Positions 1 to 10,112 of a stretch of DNA of 64,000 nucleotides are shown piece after piece. Both the position numbers and the translations under genes were made by a program. Origin of the DNA: a virus (lineage: Duplodnaviria > Caudoviricetes); IMG/VR virus record IMGVR_UViG_3300032233_002826, positions 54,532 through 118,531 of that record; one strand, 5' to 3'. How positions within the stretch are numbered: position 1 is the stretch's first letter; each line of letters starts with the position of its first letter. Below the pieces are notes generated by a model. It made no database searches and had not been told where the DNA came from. It worked only from the letters and a program-made list of their open reading frames with translations.

Positions 1-1090
1 ACCCAATTATTTTACCATTTTTTATTAAATCTATAACATCAGAAATGTTTATTTTTATTGCCCCATATGTTTCTATAAAAGTATTCAACTTGTGATAATC
101 TAAAATGCCAATTCCATTATAAACAAATTCATCTACACGTTGTTTGGTTTTGTACAAAAATTGACCTAATGATAGTCCACAATCATTAGGTGTTGGTGGC
201 ACATAAAGATTTTTACCCATCTTATTTAAAAAAACTTTAAACTTTTGATTAAATAAAACATTTAATCCACAACCACCTACTATTATAAAATTATCAGATT
301 TATCCAAATAAGGTGCAATTAATTCCATCATAATTTCCTCGAAAACATATTGAGATGTTGCTGCTAAGTCGCAACTATCTTCACCACTTAAATTATTACA
401 CTCTAAATTCAACCCAATATTTCTACCCAAAAAATACAAATCAGAACAGTGATGTATATTTTTTCTACCTAAATAATACTCTCTAAAAGGTTCTACCCAC
501 ATTTGCTTTACCTTGCCGTATGCACACAATCCCATAACTTTACCTGCATAGGCTAAAGAGTCTCTTGGGTTACCTCCCCCATCACTTATTTCAGATATCG
601 GACAACCAATTCTTCCATATGAAACCCCTAAATTATAATTTTCACTTGAGATTAATTTAATTTCATCATCTTTAGCGTGGAAAATATTTGTAAATGATAT
701 TATATCGTAATCATGTCCTCCTCCGTCAGCAGAAATTATAATTGCATCATTAAAATCTGATGAAAAATAACCTGAAGAAGCGTGAGACATATGGTGGCCC
801 ATCTGTTCGAATATAGCATTTGGGAAGTGTTTTGATAATAATGTGAAATCTTCCCCAAATAAATTATTATATATAATTAATTCAATATCATTTTTAATAT
901 GTGTTTTGATGTGTTTTAAAAAATTTTCTCTATTTTCGTCATCATTTTCATAACCACCGTATTGTTTGGTGAATACCGCATATCTAACTTTGACAAATCT
1001 TTCATATTCAAAAATTCTTAGTTTACCAAATTTATCAATAAAAGTTACTGACGAATCGTGTGCTCCATATATACTTAATATATTATTCAT
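1..1090 (-). CDS. Carbamoyltransferase (NodU/CmcH family), runs off the left edge
   Basis: Not in the ORF track. Hand translation from ATG at 1090 gives SIYGAHDSS, EYERF, GHHMSHASSGY, ADGGG, GKVMGLCAYG, GGCGLNV and PNDCGLSLG motifs. Confidence 0.85.
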   Translation of the reverse strand, partial: MNNILSIYGAHDSSVTFIDKFGKLRIFEYERFVKVRYAVFTKQYGGYENDDENRENFLKHIKTHIKNDIELIIYNNLFGEDFTLLSKHFPNAIFEQMGHHMSHASSGYFSSDFNDAIIISADGGGHDYDIISFTNIFHAKDDEIKLISSENYNLGVSYGRIGCPISEISDGGGNPRDSLAYAGKVMGLCAYGKVKQMWVEPFREYYLGRKNIHHCSDLYFLGRNIGLNLECNNLSGEDSCDLAATSQYVFEEIMMELIAPYLDKSDNFIIVGGCGLNVLFNQKFKVFLNKMGKNLYVPPTPNDCGLSLGQFLYKTKQRVDEFVYNGIGILDYHKLNTFIETYGAIKINISDVIDLIKNGKIIG

Positions 1091-1105
1091 ATTTGCAATA
1101 GATGC

Positions 1106-1975
1106 CTAATTATAATATTTACTTATTATTTTTTTATAAGTTTCAATAGGATAATTGGCATATTCTATTTTTCTATTATCATAGTTTAATAAATATTCCA
1201 CTCCTCCTATTTTCAATTTCTTAATGTTATTTCCTAATAATTCACATAATCTTTCTAGTCTATAAGTGCCAGATTGTGTTCCATAAAATATCAACAACAT
1301 AAGAATTTGACTTTCGTCTAATTTAGAGAAATCAATATACTTAGCAGTTTCTTCAAAAGCATCTACATAATTTGATATCGATTCTAATAAAACACTAGTA
1401 TAATGATCACTTATTCTTGGTATTTCATCTTTTAATAATTTCGCCAAATTAGTGACTGTTTTATCTGCATGGTACTCATATTTTTTTGTTAATGGAGCAA
1501 TTACAGCATGATCTGGCAATTTGCCGAAATGATCTTTCAATGCATTCAAATAACCGATTTGATCATAATCATCAGCAAAAAAATTAAATAATCTTAATAA
1601 ATCCAAATATGAAAGATTGCTTTTGTTTACTATTTTCATTAAAATTTGTATCAACTCACGCCCACCTCTTCCATAGGCATAACATAATTTGATCAAATTA
1701 ATAATAACAACTGCTCCGCTATAATGCCCGTGAGCAAATTGGAATTCTTTTTTAAATTTCAATAGTTCTTCTAATTCCTTAGTTCTTGAATTAATTATCA
1801 ATTCTTGAACTATACCATAAAAATTATTAACAAGTCTTTTCTTGTTATCAGGCAATGAAGAAAAATGCTTGTAACTAATATCATCAGATAATTGCAAGAA
1901 CATATCAAATATAGGTTGTCCATATATCTTGGAATTATCATTTTTTATTTTTTCAAATATTTCATCTTTGGTCAT
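1106..1975 (-). CDS. Hypothetical protein; N-terminus paralogous to 4151..5104
   Basis: 289-aa ORF; MTKDEIFEKIKND..IYGQPIFDMF resembles MNKDKIWQQIKND..IYNEPILDIF. Confidence 0.7.
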   Translation of the reverse strand: MTKDEIFEKIKNDNSKIYGQPIFDMFLQLSDDISYKHFSSLPDNKKRLVNNFYGIVQELIINSRTKELEELLKFKKEFQFAHGHYSGAVVIINLIKLCYAYGRGGRELIQILMKIVNKSNLSYLDLLRLFNFFADDYDQIGYLNALKDHFGKLPDHAVIAPLTKKYEYHADKTVTNLAKLLKDEIPRISDHYTSVLLESISNYVDAFEETAKYIDFSKLDESQILMLLIFYGTQSGTYRLERLCELLGNNIKKLKIGGVEYLLNYDNRKIEYANYPIETYKKIISKYYN

Positions 1976-2077
1976 AAAATTATATATGATGGAATATGGC
2001 GTAATTGGCCCCGGTCAACCACTACTTTTTTTATCAAAATATCACTATATAATTTTACACTAATCTAGAGGTTATTT

Positions 2078-2590
2078 ATGAAAAGTTTTAATGAATGGGT
2101 CAAAGATCATGTCGTTAATGAAATATCAGCAGAACTCCTACTAAGAGCATCAAACCAAGCAGCAAATAAATCAACATTACGACCATCAGATCAAATATCC
2201 AAAGATCGCGTTGAAAAATTCAAACAAGCAGCAATCGATAGAACATCTGAAACAATCATAAAAAATGAAAAAACAGGGGAAATTAAACCAATAAAGATCT
2301 TAAGAGTTTATCACGCTAATGCAATAGGTGAAGATTCGTTTGTTATGGTAACAAATGAACAAAAATATGTTGTAGACCTAGCATATCACACAATCAGTTT
2401 TCTAACTAGTATGGGCAAGGCCGCACACTCTATAGAAAAAGATGCAGATAAATTTCAAATAGAAATAGGAAACGCAAGAGAACTTATTGATAAAATTAAT
2501 AATGCTGGGTACCAAAGCAATCAAGAATATATGCGCAAATCAGCAAAAACTTATAAATACCAAGACTTGCCACTATTTAGAAATAAATAA
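2078..2590 (+). CDS. Hypothetical phage protein (MKSFNEW-type N-terminus)
   Basis: 170-aa ORF with GAGG RBS; N-terminus of a type common in large myovirus proteins. Confidence 0.7.
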   Translation: MKSFNEWVKDHVVNEISAELLLRASNQAANKSTLRPSDQISKDRVEKFKQAAIDRTSETIIKNEKTGEIKPIKILRVYHANAIGEDSFVMVTNEQKYVVDLAYHTISFLTSMGKAAHSIEKDADKFQIEIGNARELIDKINNAGYQSNQEYMRKSAKTYKYQDLPLFRNK

Positions 2591-2595
2591 CCCAA

Positions 2596-3264
2596 ATGCT
2601 TGATGCAATAATAATAAGCGATACTCACCTTGGAAGCGATGTTTGCGAAAGTAAACAATTATACGCTTTTTTAGAATTAGTTTATAATAAAACTCATAAA
2701 CTTATTATCAATGGAGACTTCTTTGATAATTTAGATTTTCGTAGACTAAAGAAAAATCATTGGAAAATATTATCATTGCTTAGAAGAATGAGCAAATATG
2801 TTGAAATAGTCTGGATAAGAGGAAACCACGACGGCGAAGCAGAAACCATTTCTCACCTTATTGGATTAGATTTTAAAAATGAATACCAATTTCAAAGCGG
2901 AAATAAACAAATATTATGCTTGCACGGTGATAAATTTGATGATTTTATATATAAATATCCCAATACCACAAAAATAGCAGATATAGTTTATAGAACCATA
3001 CAACGGTTTGATAAAAGATTTTTGCCCCAATTTATTAAGCAAAGATCAAAAACCTACCTAAGATGCAATGAAAATATGATGAAAAAGTCTAGAGAATACG
3101 CACTGTCTAAAAATATTGATTGTGTTTGTTTAGGACATACTCATCATGCTATTATAAATAAAGATCAACCAATATGGTACGCCAATAGCGGATGCTGGAC
3201 AGAAAAAAATTGCACCTATCTAATTATCAAAGATGCACAAGTAGAATTACAGACTTTTAAATAA
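2596..3264 (+). CDS. Calcineurin-like metallophosphoesterase (LpxH-like)
   Basis: SDTHLG, NGDFFD, RGNHD, HGD and GHTH motifs. Confidence 0.85.
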   Translation: MLDAIIISDTHLGSDVCESKQLYAFLELVYNKTHKLIINGDFFDNLDFRRLKKNHWKILSLLRRMSKYVEIVWIRGNHDGEAETISHLIGLDFKNEYQFQSGNKQILCLHGDKFDDFIYKYPNTTKIADIVYRTIQRFDKRFLPQFIKQRSKTYLRCNENMMKKSREYALSKNIDCVCLGHTHHAIINKDQPIWYANSGCWTEKNCTYLIIKDAQVELQTFK

Positions 3265-3323
3265 GAGAAAGTACTATTGCATTTTAAATTGATTATAATC
3301 TACACAACAGCCATACATGAGTC

Positions 3324-4154
3324 ATGTCCAATAAAAAATTAGCAATATGCACAACAATAAACAAGAATTATGCAGACTATGCTGTTGTTTGTTTACAATC
3401 TTTTAAACGTAATTCTGGTCTGACTTCTGACCTATTTGTTTTTGTTAATCAAAATTATCTAAATCAAACTCAAATAGATAATTTTAAATATAATGATATT
3501 ACCATCATAGATGTAGACTTTTCTAATAGATACAATCTCCCGACCGACTGGCCTTATCCGTCAGAATGTTTTTGGATTTTTAAATGCCCAGAGATATTAT
3601 ACTCTTTAGGATATGATTATGCTTTATGTGTAGATACAGATACATACTGTAATGCTCTCTTAAATTTGGAATTTATTGATGATATACAATTTGTCGCAGG
3701 AATAGATGCAGCGAGAACTAACGAACAATTTTTAAAAGCAATAAATCAATTAGGCGAATTGACAAGTCTGTTTTTATTACAACAAGATAGATTAAATCTA
3801 AAATCTACAAATACTGGAGTATTACTATTTAATAATAAATATTGCTATACTATTAATTTTGAAGAAAAAATATATCAAATATTTAAAAAAAGTATGGATA
3901 ACAATATTCCAAGAAAAGGAGATGATTCTTTGTTTTGTTTATATTGTTCTATTTTTGATGCTGGTATATTATATATTGATGAAAAATTTAATGACTATAG
4001 ATATGACAAAACTCAAAATATTAATTCTTTCAACGAACCTTATATAATTCATTATATATCTGATAGAAAACCTTGGAAAACTAATATTAATAATTTAAAT
4101 ATCAAATGGAAAATTTTATATAATGATCTATTTGAAAGTGTGAATAAAATTTAG
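3324..4154 (+). CDS. Glycosyltransferase, GT8-like
   Basis: DTD (DxD), NTGVLLFN and IIHY..KPW motifs. Confidence 0.75.
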   Translation: MSNKKLAICTTINKNYADYAVVCLQSFKRNSGLTSDLFVFVNQNYLNQTQIDNFKYNDITIIDVDFSNRYNLPTDWPYPSECFWIFKCPEILYSLGYDYALCVDTDTYCNALLNLEFIDDIQFVAGIDAARTNEQFLKAINQLGELTSLFLLQQDRLNLKSTNTGVLLFNNKYCYTINFEEKIYQIFKKSMDNNIPRKGDDSLFCLYCSIFDAGILYIDEKFNDYRYDKTQNINSFNEPYIIHYISDRKPWKTNINNLNIKWKILYNDLFESVNKI

Positions 4155-5104
4155 AACGGAACTTCAGCGTCTGATTGTTTATCTAATCCTGAATTAGCAA
4201 TTTTAGCCTTTTCTTTAAAATAAGAAACAATTCCTTTTGGATGAGAATTTTCCTTATCAGAATATGGCCTTCTTAATCCCCCCGTACCGGTCGATCCCAT
4301 TGAACTAGTTCGAGGCATAAAGGTAAGTTGAGATTCTGCTGAAATGGCTAAGTCATTATAAATTTTAATGCATCTTTCTATAGGCTCTATAGATTCTAGG
4401 TTTTTTGATAAGTAATCTAAAATCTCCATTTGCCTTTTATATAAAGCATTCTGGAACTCTTCGTCGCGACCACGTTTGACTTCAGCGGAACCTGGATACT
4501 CTGCGGCCCTAAGATCATTATTTAAAATCTCTTGCATAGCCCAGGAAAGAATAACCTCAGGATCTAAAGTATAATTCCATGAAGAACCTCTTTTATATTT
4601 TTCTACTAAATATTTTATAATATTTATATTGCCATTTTGTATCGCTCCTTCAAAAACAGAACTAACTACATATCCCTGAGGAGGCGGCAACACATCGTCA
4701 AACTGAGGATCCTCTTTTTCTTTATATTTTTTATCAAGCAAATAACTAACTGTTTTTAAGTCCCCAACCTTTCCAGCAGCACGCAAAGCAGGAAGATGAT
4801 AAATGCCCGTTTCTTCAACAAAAAATTTAATAAGATCAAAATTATTATCTCTTACAGCCTTTTCAAATACTTTATGTAAGTTTTCTTTGGCTCCATCACG
4901 AACAGCATTCTTAATATCAACAGAATCCGTAGAATACTTTAGCCTTACCTCAGGATTAGCAATCTTCTTTTGATCTTTAGTTAATTCATTATAATGATTT
5001 TCTGATAATTCCTTGTTTAATTTAATAAAAATATCAAGTATAGGCTCATTATAAATTATTGTTTTATCATTTTTTATTTGTTGCCAAATTTTATCTTTAT
5101 TCAT
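4151..5104 (-). CDS. Ankyrin-repeat-like protein
   Basis: Repeated AVRDNNFDLIKFFVE / AAGKVGDLKTVSYLL / AIQNGNINIIKYLVE. Confidence 0.65.
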   Translation of the reverse strand: MNKDKIWQQIKNDKTIIYNEPILDIFIKLNKELSENHYNELTKDQKKIANPEVRLKYSTDSVDIKNAVRDGAKENLHKVFEKAVRDNNFDLIKFFVEETGIYHLPALRAAGKVGDLKTVSYLLDKKYKEKEDPQFDDVLPPPQGYVVSSVFEGAIQNGNINIIKYLVEKYKRGSSWNYTLDPEVILSWAMQEILNNDLRAAEYPGSAEVKRGRDEEFQNALYKRQMEILDYLSKNLESIEPIERCIKIYNDLAISAESQLTFMPRTSSMGSTGTGGLRRPYSDKENSHPKGIVSYFKEKAKIANSGLDKQSDAEVPF

Positions 5105-5355
5105 ACGAAATTAATTTAATAGATGAGAAACCTTTTTATATATTGTAATGGAACCAAAGATTAATAGAAAACCATTATAATTGCAGAGTTTTTATTTTTG
5201 CTACAAAGTATTTTATAATTTAATATGGTTTATTATAAAAAAGGGGAGCGATAGTGTGGCGACGGGGGTGGCAGGGGACCCAGCCCTCAGGTTTTTCAAA
5301 AATAATTTTTGTATTTTTATTTTTGCCACAAAGTATTTTGAAACGGGGTTTAAAT

Positions 5356-5403
5356 CCTAGGATAAATGCTAACTACACAAACAAGGTTAGCATCTATCCT
5401 AGG
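5356..5403. repeat. 18-bp inverted repeat built from motif B
   Basis: cctaggataaatgctaac-N12-gttagcatctatcctagg, one mismatch. Confidence 0.9.
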
Positions 5404-5428
5404 GGTTCTGGCGGGAGCAATAGGAAGC

Positions 5429-5516
5429 CCCCTAGCGGCCTTTCAACCGCTAGGGGGTCAACACTGCGTCGAGTTGTGCAAGCCACCCCTACGGCCCTTG
5501 TGCGGGCCGTAGGGGG
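5429..5516 (-). terminator. Two GC-rich hairpins after the first DUF932 gene
   Basis: cccctagcgg..ccgctagggg and cccctacggccc..gggccgtagggg. Confidence 0.6.
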
Positions 5517-5527
5517 TTGCCTATCTG

Positions 5528-6469
5528 CTAGGCACTCATGCTCAACGCGAGGTCGAGCGCCTTGCGGTTGTCGTTCGCCCCCGTGCCGAACCACAGACTC
5601 CCCATGCGGTTATCGGCCGTGCGACCCCGCGAGTAGTTGAGATACTCGTTGTAGGCGTTGTACGCCGCCCACCACGTTCCCGACACTCCGGGCATCGACT
5701 GGAGCGTGCCGTCCATCCGGCCGACGATATCCGCGATGATATTCGTCGTGCGGGTGGGCAGGTCGGTATCGACCGTACCCTCCACCCCCAGCAGCGTTTT
5801 GACATACCGCCGAACGTCCGCCACGTTGATGCCCCGCGAGGCGAGGAGCCGATACTGGTCGGCAGTAGCCTCGAACTCCGCATTGGCGGTGTTCACGACC
5901 TCGCGGATACGGTCGAGGTTGAGAGACAGCCGCCGGGTATGACGCACCCGCAGCAGTTTCGACGCCGTGGCACAGTGGGCAGCGGCGAGGGTGTTCGCGC
6001 AGACCACGCGGATCGGGGTGAAACCCACCCGTACCGCCGTCGTGCCGTCGTGGCTGTTCGACAGCAGCAGAAACTTGGCGACCTCGTCGCCCGGCACGAC
6101 CTCCGCCCGATTCCGGTTCAACTCCGCCAGCACCCAGACCTTTGCACCGCAGTGCAAGGCACCGGCCGTATGGAGGTTGACCTCGCCAGCGTCGATGAAC
6201 GGCTGGAACCAGTCGAACGCCGCACTGTTCTGGAGCGGTTGGTAGCGGGGTCCGACGACCCCCAGCACACTACCATCGCTCTCGCGGATCGTAGCACGGG
6301 CAGGTACGGCCTTGCCGGTCGCCGTGAACAGGTCGCACAGACCAACGCTCCAGTCGAGGCCGGAGGCGACAATCGCCTCGCCAATCGTCGGTGCCGACTC
6401 CAGCCGATTGCCCAGCCCGTGCCACGGGGTTTCTTTGACGTAGAACATGGTTTCGACAGCGTGAGCCAT
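5528..6469 (-). CDS. DUF932-family phage/plasmid protein, copy 1
   Basis: PWHGLG, LLLSNSHDGT and TPIRVVCANTL motifs; start moved to MAHAVETM after GGAG. Confidence 0.85.
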   Translation of the reverse strand: MAHAVETMFYVKETPWHGLGNRLESAPTIGEAIVASGLDWSVGLCDLFTATGKAVPARATIRESDGSVLGVVGPRYQPLQNSAAFDWFQPFIDAGEVNLHTAGALHCGAKVWVLAELNRNRAEVVPGDEVAKFLLLSNSHDGTTAVRVGFTPIRVVCANTLAAAHCATASKLLRVRHTRRLSLNLDRIREVVNTANAEFEATADQYRLLASRGINVADVRRYVKTLLGVEGTVDTDLPTRTTNIIADIVGRMDGTLQSMPGVSGTWWAAYNAYNEYLNYSRGRTADNRMGSLWFGTGANDNRKALDLALSMSA

Positions 6470-6576
6470 GATGACAAACTCCAGAGAGAAACAAGGGGAC
6501 GCGAGCCGCACGGCCCGCCGAAACTATTACATTCTACATGGGATTTTATTTCGGCTTTTTTTCGCGTTTTTTTTGG

Positions 6577-6603
6577 AAAACAAAACCCCGTGTAGAATGT
6601 AAT
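6577..6603 (+). promoter_or_regulatory. Only plus-strand copy of motif A seen
   Basis: aaaacaaaaccccgtgtagaatgtaat, back to back with the copy at 6529. Confidence 0.7.
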
Positions 6604-6730
6604 AGCGTTGGGCAGGAAGCCCAGAGCGTAGAAGGTGCGCACCCATCCTTGGCCTTAGCCCCCGGCCCACTGGATAAATGCTAACTAAACCGTTGAAAAA
6701 ACCTCTGGATAAATGCTAACCAAACCGTTG

Positions 6731-7421
6731 AAAATAGTGATATTTTTAATTTACAAGTTTTATTATATCTGCTACCCCTTTGGCCCCATTGCCAGAAGGG
6801 GGTTGATTTTTGTGTTAGGGACTAAAGATCCCAGTGACAGCCCAACCAATTTCGGTAGAACCGGGCATTACCGGCATAATCACATTCTGTCCCGTACCGC
6901 ATGGCTAGGTAAGGAAAATTGCACCGCAGGCCCGCAAGACTTACGGCAAAATCATTCTTGCCGATACGAAACGAGAAAAACACAGGAAACAAGATTCGGT
7001 TGGGCTTGGCGAGGATTGATTCCTGACGGGCGATATCGTTGGACTTTGACTCCACAATCCTGCTCTTGTGGTACTCTGTGAACCCAACCGCGAGGATACC
7101 GGACTTGATTCGCTCGATCATGCTCTTCTGTTGCTCGATTTGCTTGCGAGCCTCACAATGACTCGTCGTGAACGGGTTGGCGAAACGGACGCTCGCGATG
7201 ATGGCCTTGAACATAATTGACTCCAAGAAAGTGAGAAAAAAATACCAATGGCTTAAAATTCTACATGGGATTTTATTTTTTTATGGAATCAAGTTAGATA
7301 ATAAGTTGTTGGATAAATGCTAACCAAACTGGGCTGAAAAATAGTGATATTTTTAATTTACAAGTTTTATTATATCTGCTACCCCTTTGGCCCCATTGCC
7401 AGAAGGGGGTTGATTTTTGTG
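6731..7421. repeat. Identical 84-bp intergenic block at 6731-6814 and 7338-7421
   Basis: Direct comparison; contains AT tract, terminator-like hairpin and TTTGTG. Confidence 0.9.
6822..7214 (-). CDS. Hypothetical protein
   Basis: ORF after motif A with GGAG RBS; likely start MFKAII. Confidence 0.55.
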   Translation of the reverse strand: MFKAIIASVRFANPFTTSHCEARKQIEQQKSMIERIKSGILAVGFTEYHKSRIVESKSNDIARQESILAKPNRILFPVFFSFRIGKNDFAVSLAGLRCNFPYLAMRYGTECDYAGNARFYRNWLGCHWDL

Positions 7422-7679
7422 CTAATCCTGAAAGCCACAAGGCGGGGTGGCTTTTTTGAGTTCTGGGTGCTTCCTTTCCATGTCTGCCAGCAGGGTTTTG
7501 GCCGTCCGGCCCACATATCCCAATCTCTTGGCGCAGGCCACGGCGCTGACCCTACTCGCCTTCAGACCAGTATTGGCCTGAAGTTTGAGAGCATGATAGA
7601 GCAAAACAAGCCTGTAGAGGGCGATACCATCCTCGCCCGTAATAGACATGGAGCCGTTCTCGTGAACTTCGACAGGCAT
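7422..7679 (-). CDS. Hypothetical protein
   Basis: ORF after motif A with GGAGG RBS. Confidence 0.7.
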   Translation of the reverse strand: MPVEVHENGSMSITGEDGIALYRLVLLYHALKLQANTGLKASRVSAVACAKRLGYVGRTAKTLLADMERKHPELKKATPPCGFQD

Positions 7680-7873
7680 TTCAACTATCCTCCGGGGGTG
7701 AAAGATCTATATGCCTAACATTCTACATGGGATTTTATTTTTTATTGGCTGCAAGTTGTTGGATAAATGCTAACCAAACTGGGTTAGAAAATAGTGATAT
7801 TTTTAATTTTCTAACTTTTTTATATATTCGTTAGCCTTCCGGCCCTATTGCCGGAAGGGTTTTTATTTTGTGT

Positions 7874-8119
7874 TTAGAATGGTTTTGGTGGATATTCTTT
7901 CCATTGTCCGTCTGGGTGTTGGAACCAGTGTTTGCCAGTTGAAACATCGTAGGCTAGATTGACTGTGGCGTACATGAATCGTTTGGCTTCGCTTTCGTTG
8001 GCCTGTCTGGTGTTGGTTTGTTGGTATTGCTGTTTGATATTGGAGAGTTCTTTGGTTCCGTTCATAGCGAGTCCTAGGATGGTGAGAGCGACTCCGATCC
8101 ATTGCAGGACGATTGGCAT
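7874..8119 (-). CDS. Small protein with N-terminal membrane/signal segment
   Basis: Hydrophobic N-terminus, AGGA RBS. Confidence 0.6.
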   Translation of the reverse strand: MPIVLQWIGVALTILGLAMNGTKELSNIKQQYQQTNTRQANESEAKRFMYATVNLAYDVSTGKHWFQHPDGQWKEYPPKPF

Positions 8120-8292
8120 GGGAAGTTTCCTTTACTTTAGGATGGTTAGGAAGATTTCGATAAAATCGTGAATCATTCGAGAGTATTTGGTATCACAACC
8201 CAAATCCTGCCCGATTTTTATTAATACCAATGCTTGTAGGATTCCGTTCCAGTTTCTGAAAATCTTTTTCATTGTTGTATCCTCCGGTGCAT

Positions 8293-8321
8293 ATAGTATC
8301 GGCATTGTCAAGGGGGTGCAA
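8293..8321 (-). promoter_or_regulatory. Sigma70-like promoter
   Basis: TTGCAC-N17-TACTAT upstream of GGAGG and ATG. Confidence 0.5.
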
Positions 8322-8649
8322 TAAAAAAAAGTTTGTAGTGTTTTATCTTGCCTATTTTGACAGAATCCTATGGATAAATGCTAACTTATGGCATTAAATA
8401 CTATTATCTTGGCTTTTTTTTAGCCAAGATAATAGATTTTGGGTTTTTCTTGACGTTACTTCTTTTCTTTCACAAACTTCTCGACCAATCTGTTGTATTC
8501 CGGGAGATGCCCCAGTTCTTTGAGCATCTCCAGTGCAAGAATCAACTTGCAGTGTAGCATGTTCACTTCGCCCGTTGGCTCTGCTACAACCGCACGCTTC
8601 TCAAACTTCCATTCGGTAGTCATGGGATGGTCGCCTTTCGTTGTTAGAC

Positions 8650-8880
8650 TTACTTCGCAATCTTCACAAGATTTCTTGCATCGGCCAGGCTGTATTCGCC
8701 GCTGATGAGTGCATTATCGGTTCCAAAAGTGCCGTGGAGACTCACGCAGTAACCGCCCTTGAGTTCCACAAGGTCGATCAAGTTAATTAAGGTGAAAGTG
8801 TCGTGAGCGGTTCCGACAGGACAATCACCCGTAAGAGTGGCTTCCCACTTGCCACCGATAGCGTAAACCTTGATTTTCAT
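8650..8880 (-). CDS. Hypothetical protein
   Basis: ORF directly after motif A at 8905. Confidence 0.65.
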   Translation of the reverse strand: MKIKVYAIGGKWEATLTGDCPVGTAHDTFTLINLIDLVELKGGYCVSLHGTFGTDNALISGEYSLADARNLVKIAK

Positions 8881-9012
8881 ATTGCATCCCTTTCTATCTC
8901 TATAACATTCTACACGGGATTTTATTTTTTATTGGCTTGCTGGATAAATGCTAACTTATATTAAATGCCATTATCTTGGCTGTTTAGCCAAGATAATGGG
9001 TTGTGGGTTGTT

Positions 9013-9234
9013 TTATTCGCCTCCGTAATCATCAGCCAAGGGGGTATCATCACCAAAATACCCATAATCTTCATCTGTGCCGAATCCTGCGCTGGTCATT
9101 GCAGAATCGAAGTCTCCGTCCATGTCATCGTTCCACTCTTCGTCATAGCAACTTTCGATTTCGTGAAAGTCGTTATAGTCATCGTAGTTATAGTCATCTA
9201 CGTTGGTTGCATCGACATCATCAGCGTAACTCAT
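9013..9234 (-). CDS. Very acidic small protein
   Basis: 73 aa, D/E-rich with no Lys or Arg; after motif A, AAGGA RBS. Confidence 0.7.
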   Translation of the reverse strand: MSYADDVDATNVDDYNYDDYNDFHEIESCYDEEWNDDMDGDFDSAMTSAGFGTDEDYGYFGDDTPLADDYGGE

Positions 9235-9298
9235 GTCACTTTCCTTGTTTAAGAGTTATCGTCCTTGATCTTATAACATTCTACAATGGATTTTATTT

Positions 9299-9547
9299 TC
9301 AATTATCAGTTGGAAAACTATCGTAGATTTGCCCTTCATCGACCCAACTTTCATTTGGGGTTGGCGTGAGAGTCACAATGTCCTTATCGTCACTATCGAA
9401 TCTGATTCGGTACATGGCACAACGATACAGATTGCCGGGAATAGTATCAACAACCACGCCAGACAACAGACGGCTCTCAGTAATGTCCACAAGTCCGTTC
9501 CAAAGTCTTTTTGCCACCCGGACACGGTCACCATTTTCGCATTTCAT
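9299..9547 (-). CDS. Hypothetical protein
   Basis: ORF with AGGTG RBS. Confidence 0.6.
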   Translation of the reverse strand: MKCENGDRVRVAKRLWNGLVDITESRLLSGVVVDTIPGNLYRCAMYRIRFDSDDKDIVTLTPTPNESWVDEGQIYDSFPTDN

Positions 9548-9565
9548 TTTTCACCTTTCTTTCAA

Positions 9566-9638
9566 TGCGTCCCCAGGGAATCGAACCCTGAACCTAGAGG
9601 TTAAAAGCCCCTTGCTCTGCCAATTGAGCTAGAGACGC
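9566..9638 (-). tRNA. trnK: tRNA-Lys(TTT)
   Basis: Cloverleaf; anticodon loop CTTTTAA; GTTCGATTC T-loop. Confidence 0.92.
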
Positions 9639-9679
9639 TCGTAAATCTATAACATTCTACACGGGATTTTATTTTTTCT

Positions 9680-9874
9680 TCAAATCTTGGAAATCCTGTC
9701 TAAATCATAAACGACCAGACTTTGCTTTCCGTTTGGGGTATCATATTCCACGGTCACGGTCTTTTCCGAAACGTACAGAATCGTAGCCTGCACATACGGT
9801 TCAGTATCGTCGTGAACTTGAACCCAGTAAGGCAACAGAACCGAAACCTTTTCACCGACTTCCACTTCAAACAT
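9680..9874 (-). CDS. Hypothetical protein
   Basis: ORF after motif A at 9911; likely start MFEVEV. Confidence 0.6.
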   Translation of the reverse strand: MFEVEVGEKVSVLLPYWVQVHDDTEPYVQATILYVSEKTVTVEYDTPNGKQSLVVYDLDRISKI

Positions 9875-10112
9875 CGTTTTCCCTTTCGTCTTACAGGCTT
9901 CCACAACATAACATTCTACACGGGATTTTATTTTTTATGGGGCTTGTTGTTGGATAAATGCTAACCTAGAAAAAAAATGAAAAAAAATATTTTTGGAAAG
10001 TTCTATTAGTACGGGGGTCAAATAATAATAAGATATTATTGCAATAATATTTGTGCAAAATAAACCCCCTAGGCAATCTTTCGACTACCTAGGGGGCGTT
10101 GGTTGCTCGCTA

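Noticed and set aside
5242-5277. G-quadruplex at the boundary
   Set aside because: Only three runs of three or more G with uneven loops; too weak to call.
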